A DNA stretch of 39,726 nucleotides from a virus. Taxonomy: Duplodnaviria; Caudoviricetes. Under the pieces are notes generated by a model. That model had not been told where the DNA came from, searched no databases, and was given only the letters and a program-made list of their open reading frames with translations. Where the stretch lies: IMG/VR virus record IMGVR_UViG_3300032081_000261, positions 1-39,726 of that record; one strand, 5' to 3'. This document shows positions 19,707 through 27,840 of the stretch, in pieces. Position numbers and translations under genes: made by a program. How positions within the stretch are numbered: position 1 is the stretch's first letter; each line of letters opens with the position of its first letter.

Positions 19707-19995
19707 TTTGTATTCCTTTGCCTTTCTTTCTAATAGATACAACATTACCAACATCAGCTTGAGCCTTGATGCCCTTGATAGATATTCTTCTATCTCCTCT
19801 AGCATTGTTGGTTCTATATAAATTGATAACAGTCTCAGTGCCATCAACAAACTTAGCTTCTAATGTGGCTCTATCGCCTGACTTCATCTTTGTAAAGTCA
19901 ACACCATAAGTTTTAACAAACTCTCTTACACTGTTATTAGCATCTATGATTGCTTTATCTAGCATTGTCTTAGTGAGTTTAATCTGTGCTTCCAT
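19693..19995 (-). CDS. Small protein resembling the N-terminal domain of MvaI/BcnI-family restriction endonucleases
   Basis: TKTML.KAIIDAN..V...LYRT....GDRRISI; start at 19995 overlaps the upstream TAA. Confidence 0.4.
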   Translation of the reverse strand: MEAQIKLTKTMLDKAIIDANNSVREFVKTYGVDFTKMKSGDRATLEAKFVDGTETVINLYRTNNARGDRRISIKGIKAQADVGNVVSIRKKGKGIQIEIH

Positions 19996-20240
19996 TACTT
20001 GATTCTCCATATACCTATGCCATCAGATAACTGTCTAACAGTAAACTTCTTATTGGGGTTCTTGTAAGTAAAGCGTAAGACAAAGTTCCTTATGATCTTT
20101 TGTTCTTGAGCAATCTTAGTTTTGGGTATTGGTATGTGTATGTTGTCATCCACCTCTAAGTCCTCTAAAGGTAAGTCATACTTTCTTGGTTTGCCCTTTG
20201 ATCTAGGCAAGGGTATGCCTTTCTTAATCTCAAACTCCAT
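19995..20240 (-). CDS. Conserved small phage protein
   Basis: I.KGIPLP....KY..P...LEV.D...FTVR....GI.IWR motif; SD GAGGAGG. Confidence 0.7.
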   Translation of the reverse strand: MEFEIKKGIPLPRSKGKPRKYDLPLEDLEVDDNIHIPIPKTKIAQEQKIIRNFVLRFTYKNPNKKFTVRQLSDGIGIWRIK

Positions 20241-20515
20241 TAGTTCCTCCTCGTTGTTGGTAATAGTGAGTCTTTGTTTACATTAAGCCAAACAGCAATA
20301 GCTTCATCAGGAAAGTCTTTAGTAGAAGCAAAGCCACAATAGACTCCCTCTAGTTCTTTCTCCTTGCTGAATCTTCGTGCTTCATCGTAATCTTCAAAGG
20401 CTTCTACAATCTTGGTCACACCTTGATCAATAAAATCCTCGTTGACAAACGAAACACAAAACTTGTTTTTGTAGAAATTGATAGTCTCGATATCAACATC
20501 ATCCCAAGATTTCAT
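20240..20515 (-). CDS. Hypothetical protein
   Basis: Start moved to ATG 20515 (MKSWDDV), which avoids overlap with the upstream gene and the 17-bp motif. Confidence 0.6.
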   Translation of the reverse strand: MKSWDDVDIETINFYKNKFCVSFVNEDFIDQGVTKIVEAFEDYDEARRFSKEKELEGVYCGFASTKDFPDEAIAVWLNVNKDSLLPTTRRN

Positions 20516-20558
20516 GATTCCGCCTGACTGGTAAATAATATTTTTTGTAATCTGGGTC

Positions 20559-21563
20559 TCATTTTGCAAACACCACTGCTTTATCTTTTTCACATCCATG
20601 ATGGTAAATGGCTTTGCATACTTGAAGCACTGTATTTTGTAGGCTCATGTGTCTTACACCATGTTGACCTCTGCCATCTGTAATCATTTCTTTTCTTGAT
20701 ATCTCAAAGATGCTCATGCTATCTGTTTCAAACATATCAAGTATTCTCTCTCCTCTAATCCTGTAGCTACCATTTTTATAGTTGCTTAAACAAGTAGCTT
20801 TCATATCAGGATTTTTATTCAACAGACTAGCTAGTATTTGTAAACCTAAACCACTGTTATATCTAATGCTACTGTAAAGTTTCCAATCAGTAGCAGATGC
20901 TTCTTTAGTTTCTGTTTCTTTAATAGCTACATTCTTATGTCTGCCTTTGTTCTTGAGATCAGGTACTACTTTATTAGGATTGATGCCATCCTCTAAAATA
21001 GTTTTAATATTCTTTGCATGAACCTCTTTAGCTTTTTCTAAGGTCATGTATCTAGTATCAGCTATCTTAACTTTTAAAGTGTATCTAGATAGCTTCTCAT
21101 TCTTTGCACGAGAGTAATAAGTCATACCATCTTTTTTAGATCGTATCGCCAATCCTTTAGTTTGAATGTCATGAAACCAAACATCTTTATCCTGTGGTCT
21201 TAGACCATCAACAGAGTCTTGAGTAAAGACTAAAGCATTTGTACTTGCTCTCTTGATCTTTGGTTTAGGTGTTGGACTGATAGCAGTTTTGTATGGCTCA
21301 AGTTGTTTTCTTTGAGCCTTAGTTTGATCTACTATCTTTAAAAGCCTTTCAGCTTCTTCTATTTTTTCAGTAGCGATTCTCTCTAACTCATCCTCGCAAT
21401 GAGCAAGAATAGAGTCAGTGTTCTTGACCTCATCCTTTATTAGATTCTCTACTTGAGTTGATTTGTTTATGCCTGTTTGCTCATGGACAGTGTTTAGAAT
21501 GTTCCAAACATTAGCATCCAATTGTATTGTGACAGACCCCTTTTCTTTGTTAAATTTTGTCAT
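20559..21563 (-). CDS. Putative DNA-binding protein: RHH-like N-terminus, coiled coil, integrase arm-binding (DUF4102-like) domain, no catalytic domain
   Basis: SVTIQLD...L.......GINKS..VE.LI (RHH); FTQDSV..LRP......D....GL.IR..KDG...MTLEKAKE......GINP (arm-binding). Confidence 0.6.
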   Translation of the reverse strand: MTKFNKEKGSVTIQLDANVWNILNTVHEQTGINKSTQVENLIKDEVKNTDSILAHCEDELERIATEKIEEAERLLKIVDQTKAQRKQLEPYKTAISPTPKPKIKRASTNALVFTQDSVDGLRPQDKDVWFHDIQTKGLAIRSKKDGMTYYSRAKNEKLSRYTLKVKIADTRYMTLEKAKEVHAKNIKTILEDGINPNKVVPDLKNKGRHKNVAIKETETKEASATDWKLYSSIRYNSGLGLQILASLLNKNPDMKATCLSNYKNGSYRIRGERILDMFETDSMSIFEISRKEMITDGRGQHGVRHMSLQNTVLQVCKAIYHHGCEKDKAVVFAK

Positions 21564-21672
21564 AGTCTCTTAGTATATAGACATAAATAATTTTTTCAAT
21601 AGAGTTGATGATAAAAAGTTTATAAGCAAGTGAACACTTGATTAGTTAGTAAGAATGAATTAATATTTGGGG

Positions 21673-21945
21673 ATGAATTTAAACGCTGAAACAAAACTTG
21701 ATCTCCTAGTTATTAAACAAGCAGTCAGAGATTGTGGAAGCAAAGACATTGATATTTCGAGTAAGGCACTCTCTTATTTTATATCAGATGACTTTAAAAA
21801 ACTAGCAAAACGCAATCATATAGATGCAGATATGGTTAGAGGAGCAGTTGGAAGTTTAAGTGCTTATCCCCTGTTATCAAGAAAGAAATTAGCCAATGAT
21901 ATGGCTAAAGAGATTGATGCTGTGTGGGTAAAAAGAGTTTCTTAG
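21673..21945 (+). CDS. Hypothetical protein
   Basis: Divergent ORF upstream of the primase; ATG 21673 preferred over TTG 21667. Confidence 0.6.
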   Translation: MNLNAETKLDLLVIKQAVRDCGSKDIDISSKALSYFISDDFKKLAKRNHIDADMVRGAVGSLSAYPLLSRKKLANDMAKEIDAVWVKRVS

Positions 21946-22024
21946 TAGGTATATATACCTAGTAGGTATTTTAATAAGTGACTACTAAAGTAGTTAGTAT
22001 AACGAGTAATATGATGGAGGTCGT

Positions 22025-23797
22025 ATGCAAAGTCAAGAGGTAAGTGACATCAAGAGTCACATTAATCACAATCACAAAACAAGTAATCTAGGTCATGGTC
22101 AATACAAAATCACTTGTCCTAGTTGCCAAAACAACAGAAGTAAAAACAAAAGAGACACCCCACTAAGTGTCAATATTAATTCAGAAACCATAGTTTATAA
22201 TTGCCATCATTGTGGAATCAATGGTGCATTTCCAAGGACACAAGGAGTCAAAATGTCAGTCGTCAAAACACCCCCAAAGAAACCAAACAAGCCAATCAAT
22301 CTACCCAAAGACAGCAAGACAGATAAGACGGCTCAATGGTTATTGGCACGAGGAATAAGTCAGGAGGTTGCAGAAGATTCAGGATGCGTGTTGGCAGAAA
22401 AAAATAATTTACCAGTCATAGGTTTTTCTTTTTACGATGGCTCTAACACTATCGCAGTCAAATGGAGAACAGCAAATGGCAAGAAAGATTTTTGGTGGGA
22501 TAACAACGCAGTCAAGCTATGGGGTAAGCAAACTTTTAAGGATGATTTGCCAACAGTTGAATCAACGATTGTTATTACAGAGGGAGAGATGGACACCCTT
22601 GCAATCAAAGAAGCCTTTAAGAATCACAGCAACATAACAGTTTACTCAGTTCCCAATGGAGCACCAAACAAAGTAGCAGATGATAAGAAAGTTGACCCCA
22701 ATGAAGAGGGCAGATTCAAGTATGTTTGGAGTGAGAGAGCAAAGTTCGAGGATGTTGAAAGGATTATTCTTGCCACTGATATGGATGAAAGTGGGGATGC
22801 TTTGGCTCAGGAGTTGTCAAGGAGACTTAACAAGGCTAGGTGTTATAAGGTAGATTACCTTGGAAACAAAGATGCAAATGATCTATTGATAGAAACAAAT
22901 GCAGAAACTGTAAGACATCAAGTATTAAATGCACAACCAGTTCCTTTACATGGACTTAATAACATAGACTTCTATGACAATGAGTTCCAAACTTTGTATG
23001 AACAGGGATATCCTAAAGGTGTAAGCACTGGTTTTCCTCAAGTAGATCATCTATTTAATCTACAAACTGGCTATCTTGCAGTCATTACAGGCTATCCCTC
23101 AGATGGTAAGTCAGCCTTTGTTGATCAGTTATGTGTGAATGTAGCCAAGAATTATGGATGGAAAACAAACTACTGCTCTTTTGAAAAACCCCCAACGCTT
23201 CATGCTATCCAGTTGGCACAATGTTTTACTGGTAAACCATTTTTCCAAGGGCAGAACGCTAGGATGTCGCAAGAAGAAAAGGACTTTGCCCAACACTTCA
23301 TCAATGAACATTTTCTATTTCAAGATTATCAGGATGGAGGGATGCCTACGATTGAAAGGGTATTAGAAAAGGGAGCAGATGCAGTCATGAGATATGGGGT
23401 AAAGATACTTGTTATTGACCCTTTTAACTTTATACATTCAGATCATCAAGGTTTAGTCACTGATGCTATCTCTGAAATGCTTACTAAAGTTCAGTTGTTC
23501 TGCAAGAAGTTTGATGTACTTTGTTTCTTCATTGCTCATCCAACAAAGCCTTTTGTCAGGGATGGCAAGAAGAATGTATGTACTGGTAATGATATCAGTG
23601 GAAGTAATGCTTGGTTCTCTAAATGTGATACAGGATTGACAGTTTATCGTGGGGAAAGTAATGTAGAGATACATTGTTGGAAGCAAAGGTGGGCATGGTG
23701 TGGTAAAACAGGCATGACTGCTCTAACTTTTGACCCTTTGAGCAATAGATATGCAGAAGAAGAAGTCTTACAAGATGACTACGATTGGGAGTTCTAA
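22025..23797 (+). CDS. DNA primase-helicase (Zn finger, TOPRIM, SF4 helicase; T7 gp4/Twinkle-like)
   Basis: CPSC...CHHC, ITEGEMD, ILATDMD, KDAND, Walker A TGYPSDGKS, SFE, LVIDPFN, AHP; SD GGAGG. Confidence 0.92.
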   Translation: MQSQEVSDIKSHINHNHKTSNLGHGQYKITCPSCQNNRSKNKRDTPLSVNINSETIVYNCHHCGINGAFPRTQGVKMSVVKTPPKKPNKPINLPKDSKTDKTAQWLLARGISQEVAEDSGCVLAEKNNLPVIGFSFYDGSNTIAVKWRTANGKKDFWWDNNAVKLWGKQTFKDDLPTVESTIVITEGEMDTLAIKEAFKNHSNITVYSVPNGAPNKVADDKKVDPNEEGRFKYVWSERAKFEDVERIILATDMDESGDALAQELSRRLNKARCYKVDYLGNKDANDLLIETNAETVRHQVLNAQPVPLHGLNNIDFYDNEFQTLYEQGYPKGVSTGFPQVDHLFNLQTGYLAVITGYPSDGKSAFVDQLCVNVAKNYGWKTNYCSFEKPPTLHAIQLAQCFTGKPFFQGQNARMSQEEKDFAQHFINEHFLFQDYQDGGMPTIERVLEKGADAVMRYGVKILVIDPFNFIHSDHQGLVTDAISEMLTKVQLFCKKFDVLCFFIAHPTKPFVRDGKKNVCTGNDISGSNAWFSKCDTGLTVYRGESNVEIHCWKQRWAWCGKTGMTALTFDPLSNRYAEEEVLQDDYDWEF

Positions 23798-24293
23798 AGA
23801 AGAAATCCATGTCAATGATATTGGCAGTGCATACTTGCATAAGCAACACAAAGTTGCAATCAAGCAGTTCTCTAAAACAAAAGTTGGTCGAGCCATAGTG
23901 CTTGATCAACACCTCATAGATGTACTTTTTCTTAATGATGATCTTGATACGCAACAACATCATGTATGCGATAAGTATCTTGGTTTGATAAGTAAGTCAG
24001 GAAGTTTTGTCCAGACCCCAGCTCTGGATAAAATATATTTAACCAGTCAGGGAAATTACGGACACGAGCCTCGTGGCGTGATTTTGATAGGAGTTCAACG
24101 CACAATCAAAGAAGAAGTGGGAACAAAGAAAGAACAAATGTTTTGGAAACTAATGGTCAACAACCCTAGAAAAGTAAATGCCTTAGAGATAATGGTGGTA
24201 CAAGAATGTGCTAATGCACTACAAAACTATTGGTATATTAGTCAGCAAAACCCTGTGTCGCTGTTCCAACAAAGCCTTGTAAACCAGTCTTAA
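23751..24293 (+). CDS. Hypothetical protein (start possibly the internal MTTIG)
   Basis: 180-aa ORF overlapping the helicase 3' end. Confidence 0.6.
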   Translation: MQKKKSYKMTTIGSSKEEIHVNDIGSAYLHKQHKVAIKQFSKTKVGRAIVLDQHLIDVLFLNDDLDTQQHHVCDKYLGLISKSGSFVQTPALDKIYLTSQGNYGHEPRGVILIGVQRTIKEEVGTKKEQMFWKLMVNNPRKVNALEIMVVQECANALQNYWYISQQNPVSLFQQSLVNQS

Positions 24294-24465
24294 CCTCTAC
24301 AGTTTTCTCAGGCTCAGGTTTCTTTTCAACAACCACACCCTTGACATCTGCTTCATTGTGAATCATATGGATGATTTGTTTGTTAAGTGATCTGCTTTCT
24401 TTTTTAGCTAAAGCGTGTGCTAGTTCGTAAGTTTCCTCAGAACATCTAATGAATAGGCTCTTCAT
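24238..24465 (-). CDS. Arc-like ribbon-helix-helix DNA-binding protein
   Basis: KSLFIRCSEETYE....LAKKESRSLNKQII matches the Arc family pattern. Confidence 0.75.
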   Translation of the reverse strand: MKSLFIRCSEETYELAHALAKKESRSLNKQIIHMIHNEADVKGVVVEKKPEPEKTVEVKTGLQGFVGTATQGFAD

Positions 24466-24799
24466 GATTTTTTTCCTCTATTATTTCATCTAATGCATTT
24501 TCAATATTATCGTCAGTAAAGACAATCTCAGGAGCATCCTGTACTTCTGCAATGGCAACACTTTCTCTGCCTACTTGATAGTATCTATCTTTTTCAAGTT
24601 GGTGTATGGCTGATTTGATAAGCCATCTATTAGAAGTAATCAATGGGTCATCCAATAATGTAATGGCAAAAGCCAAAGCTTCTAGTTCAGTATCAAATAT
24701 CCATACCAAGTGTTTCCATTTAGCACTGCTCTTGGTACTGTTAGGATTATTTGGTTCAGGAATATCTAATTTATAAGTGTGTCTAATAACTGCAAACAT
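24446..24799 (-). CDS. Hypothetical protein, possibly leaderless
   Basis: 117 aa; TAGAAT ends 6 nt before the ATG, no clear SD. Confidence 0.6.
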   Translation of the reverse strand: MFAVIRHTYKLDIPEPNNPNSTKSSAKWKHLVWIFDTELEALAFAITLLDDPLITSNRWLIKSAIHQLEKDRYYQVGRESVAIAEVQDAPEIVFTDDNIENALDEIIEEKNHEEPIH

Positions 24800-24836
24800 C
24801 TCTATATTCTAAGTGAAATGCAATCAAATTGAAAGC

Positions 24837-24852
24837 TGTTCCACATGGAACA
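24837..24852. promoter_or_regulatory. parS-like palindrome
   Basis: TGTTCCACATGGAACA, one mismatch from the parS-type palindrome TGTTCCACGTGGAACA; intergenic. Confidence 0.55.
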
Positions 24853-24877
24853 CAGGATAGTGGTGTATCCTGCTAAA

Positions 24878-24894
24878 AAATATTATTTACCAGT
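24878..24894. repeat. 17-bp recurrent motif AAATATTATTTACCAGT (exact copy)
   Basis: Other exact copies: 26029-26045, 30056-30072, reverse at 20527-20543. Variants: 15637-15653, 25241-25257, 28909-28925, 30877-30893. Confidence 0.8.
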
Positions 24895-24972
24895 CTGGGA
24901 AAAACTACTGCTACACAAAACACAGCTATAGGTAATACAAACACTAATACCAATGGACTATCACTCACTGCC

Positions 24973-25006
24973 AAAAAAAAAGGGTAGATATTGCTATCTA
25001 CCCTTT
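24973..25006 (-). terminator. Intrinsic terminator
   Basis: Minus strand AAAGGGTAGATA-GCAA-TATCTACCC followed by T9. Confidence 0.8.
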
Positions 25007-25163
25007 CCCATCTAACTTATAGACTTGGAGGTCTCACTCTTATGAAGTGATTGGAAAGGCGTTGTTCATATGTTTTCTAATCTACCGATAACCTAATATC
25101 CTCAATCTCAAACAAACTGGATTTATACTTTAATGCTTATCCACTTTTTTCAGCAACCTTATG
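24973..25163 (-). ncRNA. Candidate ~190-nt antisense-type sRNA
   Basis: Lies between a sigma70-like promoter and a terminator with no long ORF; two hairpins with loops UCAUAAG (anti-AUG) and CUCCAA (anti-SD) at 25021-25050. Confidence 0.55.
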
Positions 25164-25169
25164 TCAATC

Positions 25170-25198
25170 AATATATATCAGGTGATTGCAAATTGCAA
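25170..25198 (-). promoter_or_regulatory. Sigma70-like promoter for the candidate sRNA
   Basis: TTGCAA-17 nt-TATATT on the minus strand. Confidence 0.5.
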
Positions 25199-25201
25199 GA
25201 C

Positions 25202-25233
25202 TTATCCACACTTTATCCACAGAGTTATCCACA
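25202..25233 (+). promoter_or_regulatory. Three tandem perfect DnaA boxes
   Basis: TTATCCACA at 25202, 25213 and 25225; 8/9 match TTATCCACT at 25137-25145. Confidence 0.8.
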
Positions 25234-25379
25234 GCCGAATACTGGTCAAATATATTTTTTAATCAGGAGATGAACACGCACACATACCCCCCCCACGCAA
25301 ACCCAGTAAATTCTATATACCAGTAAATATTTATGCCTTCAGGTGATTTTACAGCTCGTAGATCACCTTATTTTGAGCC

Positions 25380-25422
25380 AAAAAAAAAGGCGATAGCCAC
25401 TAATTAAAGTAGCTATCGCCTT
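25380..25422 (-). terminator. Intrinsic terminator ending the ribozyme-containing operon
   Basis: Minus strand AAGGCGATAGCTACT-TTAATT-AGTGGCTATCGCC followed by T9, just after the last gene. Confidence 0.85.
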
Positions 25423-25449
25423 ATTTATTTTAGGATTAAACCCAATCGT

Positions 25450-25755
25450 CTATACATTCACCTCCATATCATCAAATGCTTCATCTCTCTCTTGCTCAGT
25501 TTTGAACCACTGCCAAGAAATATCTGAACCATCATCATTATAGTAATCTATAACAATATCTACATCGTTATATTGACCATACCAAGATAAAATTCCAAAG
25601 ACATAACCCTTGTTATCGTCTTTGTGAAATCTATATGCATCAGTATCGAACCAACAAAATTTCATATGATTTTCAATGTCATAATCAAGTTCGTTATCTA
25701 ATTGGCATGATGGATTAGTCAAAAGGTTTTTAAGATTGCGATTACTAGCACTCAT
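25450..25755 (-). CDS. Hypothetical acidic protein
   Basis: 101 aa, SD GAGG, ATGA-coupled to the upstream small ORF. Confidence 0.7.
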   Translation of the reverse strand: MSASNRNLKNLLTNPSCQLDNELDYDIENHMKFCWFDTDAYRFHKDDNKGYVFGILSWYGQYNDVDIVIDYYNDDGSDISWQWFKTEQERDEAFDDMEVNV

Positions 25756-25931
25756 GATTTTACCTCTCTATCTTTTGGAACACCATTAGGGTATTTCAAA
25801 AAACATGAGACTAACAACCAATCAGCCTTGCTCATGATACTTGGCAAATATCCAATAGGAGTTTTACCTTTCATATCAATCCCATACTTGCTTTCCATTT
25901 CTGAAAAGACTTTATCTCGTTCTTTATTCAT
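25752..25931 (-). CDS. Small hypothetical protein (59 aa, not in ORF track)
   Basis: MNKERDKVFSEMESKYGIDMKGKTPIGYLPSIMSKADWLLVSCFLKYPNGVPKDREVKS; SD GGAGG. Confidence 0.75.
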   Translation of the reverse strand: MNKERDKVFSEMESKYGIDMKGKTPIGYLPSIMSKADWLLVSCFLKYPNGVPKDREVKS

Positions 25932-25966
25932 AATTTACCTCCAAAGTAATTGAATAAGTTTAAGTT

Positions 25967-26017
25967 TCTGTTTCATCCTTTTGGAATCATCAGCACTGGC
26001 ACACACCAGTGAACAGA
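25967..26017 (-). ncRNA. Hammerhead ribozyme E, type III
   Basis: UCU GUU^ CACUGG-UGUGUG-CCAGUG CUGAUGA U UCC-AAAA-GGA U GAAA CAGA; stems I-III pair. Confidence 0.8.
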
Positions 26018-26070
26018 GGTAGCAAGAAAAATATTATTTACCAGTAATATATTTCTCGCCACCCAGTTGC

Positions 26071-26232
26071 TCAGTTCTCCTTAACAACAGTAATAATATC
26101 CAGTAGTTCTGAATTTTTACAAAGTTCTACAGGATGAGTATTAATATTTTCTAATACTCTATCTTTTTTCAGATCATCAGAATTTACTTTTACTTTGTAA
26201 AAACAAGTCTGCTTAATTATTAATTCTTCCAT
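26071..26232 (-). CDS. Small hypothetical protein (53 aa, not in ORF track)
   Basis: MEELIIKQTCFYKVKVNSDDLKKDRVLENINTHPVELCKNSELLDIITVVKEN; SD GGAGG. Confidence 0.7.
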   Translation of the reverse strand: MEELIIKQTCFYKVKVNSDDLKKDRVLENINTHPVELCKNSELLDIITVVKEN

Positions 26233-26267
26233 GATAATTTCGACCCTCCAAGGTCAGTTAAGTTAAG

Positions 26268-26325
26268 TTTCTGTTTCGACTCTTTTGAGTCATCATCAGT
26301 GAAAATACACATTTTCAGACAGAAA
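26268..26325 (-). ncRNA. Hammerhead ribozyme D, type III
   Basis: UUUCU GUC^ UGAAAAU-GUGU-AUUUUCA CUGAUGA U GACUC-AAAA-GAGUC GAAA CAGAAA. Confidence 0.9.
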
Positions 26326-26365
26326 TTGCCAAAATTGGCTTCGTGAGATTGCCATAGAGAACAAA

Positions 26366-26413
26366 TAAGAGGAGGGTCAAGGGTCTAGTGACCCCCAAAA
26401 TACCCCCCTCTTA
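26366..26413 (-). other. GC-rich stem-loop after the vWA gene
   Basis: Imperfect inverted repeat TAAGAGGAGGGT / ACCCCCCTCTTA with a weak U tail; could be a stabiliser or weak terminator. Confidence 0.4.
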
Positions 26414-26421
26414 AATCGCTT

Positions 26422-27840
26422 CTAGTGATAGAAGTCAGCAGTATCAACATACACAACCTCGCCAAAGGCTAGGTTTTCTGAATAACTGCTTTTCTCAGTG
26501 ACTGCCCAAAAGACTGGAACATTAGGCTCGACCTCTTCGCTAACTTCTCCCCAACCATCAGTGAAATAGACAATGGCTTGTACCTCGTCTACATCATCTG
26601 AAAAGTCATTGAACAAGTTAAAAGGAGGGTCAAATAAAGTTCCACCTCCTCCACGAACAGTTAGCTGAATGTCCTCGCCTTGATCTAACTCATAGATATC
26701 CCACCACTCGCCTTGTTGATTCTTACGAACCACAGTGTCGCAATAGCAGACTCTAATCTTATCAAGACCACAATCCTCAGCCATAGCCTGTATCTCAGTT
26801 GCGAACATATCTAATTCATATTGAGAAACAGACCCACTGGTATCAATCACAATGGCTAGTTCACCACCTTGTGGAGACTTCGCTTTACTAGGTAAATTAA
26901 TACCTCTAAATTGATGTCTCCTATTAGGTCTTGCCCAAGTAATGTCATCAGCAACAGAGGACTGTAAAAGATCATTAAGTTGATCTCTCCAATCCACTTT
27001 TACTTCTTGATTCGCATCAGCAGAGCCAAGACCATTAGATGAACCAGTGCTACTCATAGCAACCTCTAACTTATCAGCTAAAGAAATTGCTCGTTGAATC
27101 TCGCCTTTTAATTCTTGCATTTCTGCATCATTTAAAGGCTTTCCCTCATCGTTAGTAGCATCCCAAACCTCGCCAATTGCAGAGGGTAGTTCATCCCAAT
27201 CTGTTCCAGTTCCAGTCTCAGAAATATTTCCTTGACTGGTATCTGAAATTTCATCAGCTTCAGATTGAGAGTCACTTGTACCCTCTTCATCAGACTCTTC
27301 ATCGCCACCTTGACCTTGACTTTGAGCATCTTGCTCTTCGTCAGAGTTTTCTCCATTAGGTTTTTGTTGATTAATCTGATTAATTGCATCTTCCAAGGCT
27401 TCCTCGTCTTTTACCAAGATTGAATAAACCTTTTCAGCAGTCATGCCTTTATACTTATGATCTAGTAAACCACCCATAGGAAGTTCCATTTTTAAATCCC
27501 AGTATATGTAGGCATTGATTACATAATCACACGCTATATTCCAAACTTTAGGATGTCGCTTTCCCCTTCGCAGAGGATGTTCATAAACCACATGAAATGC
27601 TTCATGAACCAAAACGCCTTGAAGTTCAGCTTCGCTTAGACCCAAGACAAAAGGAGGAAAGTAATAAATTACTTTCCCATCAGTTGCCATTGTGTCGCAC
27701 TTAGACTTATCGACCTCAATTAAATCAAGGTGTAAGAGCATGGAAGCCATGCCAACATTACCTTTCATTAATTTTGCTCTCGCCTTAACTATGTAGTCAT
27801 GAGCCAATTGTGACTCATTTACAGTTGCTAAATTAGTCAT
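26422..27840 (-). CDS. DUF2201-like metallopeptidase plus vWA domain protein
   Basis: TMATDG, HEAFH (HExxH), WNIACDYVIN, acidic linker, MIDAS DTSGS, GGGGT.F, YFTDG; start at ATG 27840. Confidence 0.85.
   Translation of the reverse strand: MTNLATVNESQLAHDYIVKARAKLMKGNVGMASMLLHLDLIEVDKSKCDTMATDGKVIYYFPPFVLGLSEAELQGVLVHEAFHVVYEHPLRRGKRHPKVWNIACDYVINAYIYWDLKMELPMGGLLDHKYKGMTAEKVYSILVKDEEALEDAINQINQQKPNGENSDEEQDAQSQGQGGDEESDEEGTSDSQSEADEISDTSQGNISETGTGTDWDELPSAIGEVWDATNDEGKPLNDAEMQELKGEIQRAISLADKLEVAMSSTGSSNGLGSADANQEVKVDWRDQLNDLLQSSVADDITWARPNRRHQFRGINLPSKAKSPQGGELAIVIDTSGSVSQYELDMFATEIQAMAEDCGLDKIRVCYCDTVVRKNQQGEWWDIYELDQGEDIQLTVRGGGGTLFDPPFNLFNDFSDDVDEVQAIVYFTDGWGEVSEEVEPNVPVFWAVTEKSSYSENLAFGEVVYVDTADFYH

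Noticed and set aside
19707-19850. N-terminal extension of the nuclease ORF
   Set aside because: It overlaps the upstream gene by over 150 nt; TTG 19706 with an SD is more plausible
20559-21563. Integrase call
   Set aside because: Only an arm-binding-like domain is present; no tyrosine recombinase catalytic domain
25042-25050. Plus-strand minigene ATG AAG TGA behind GGAGG
   Set aside because: Promoter and terminator polarity favour a minus-strand transcript, so this is better read as the complement of the antisense loops; not fully excluded
26174-26180. CUGAUGA followed by GAAA on the minus strand, a possible sixth hammerhead
   Set aside because: Only 3 nt separate the motifs, so stem II cannot form; it lies inside a coding ORF
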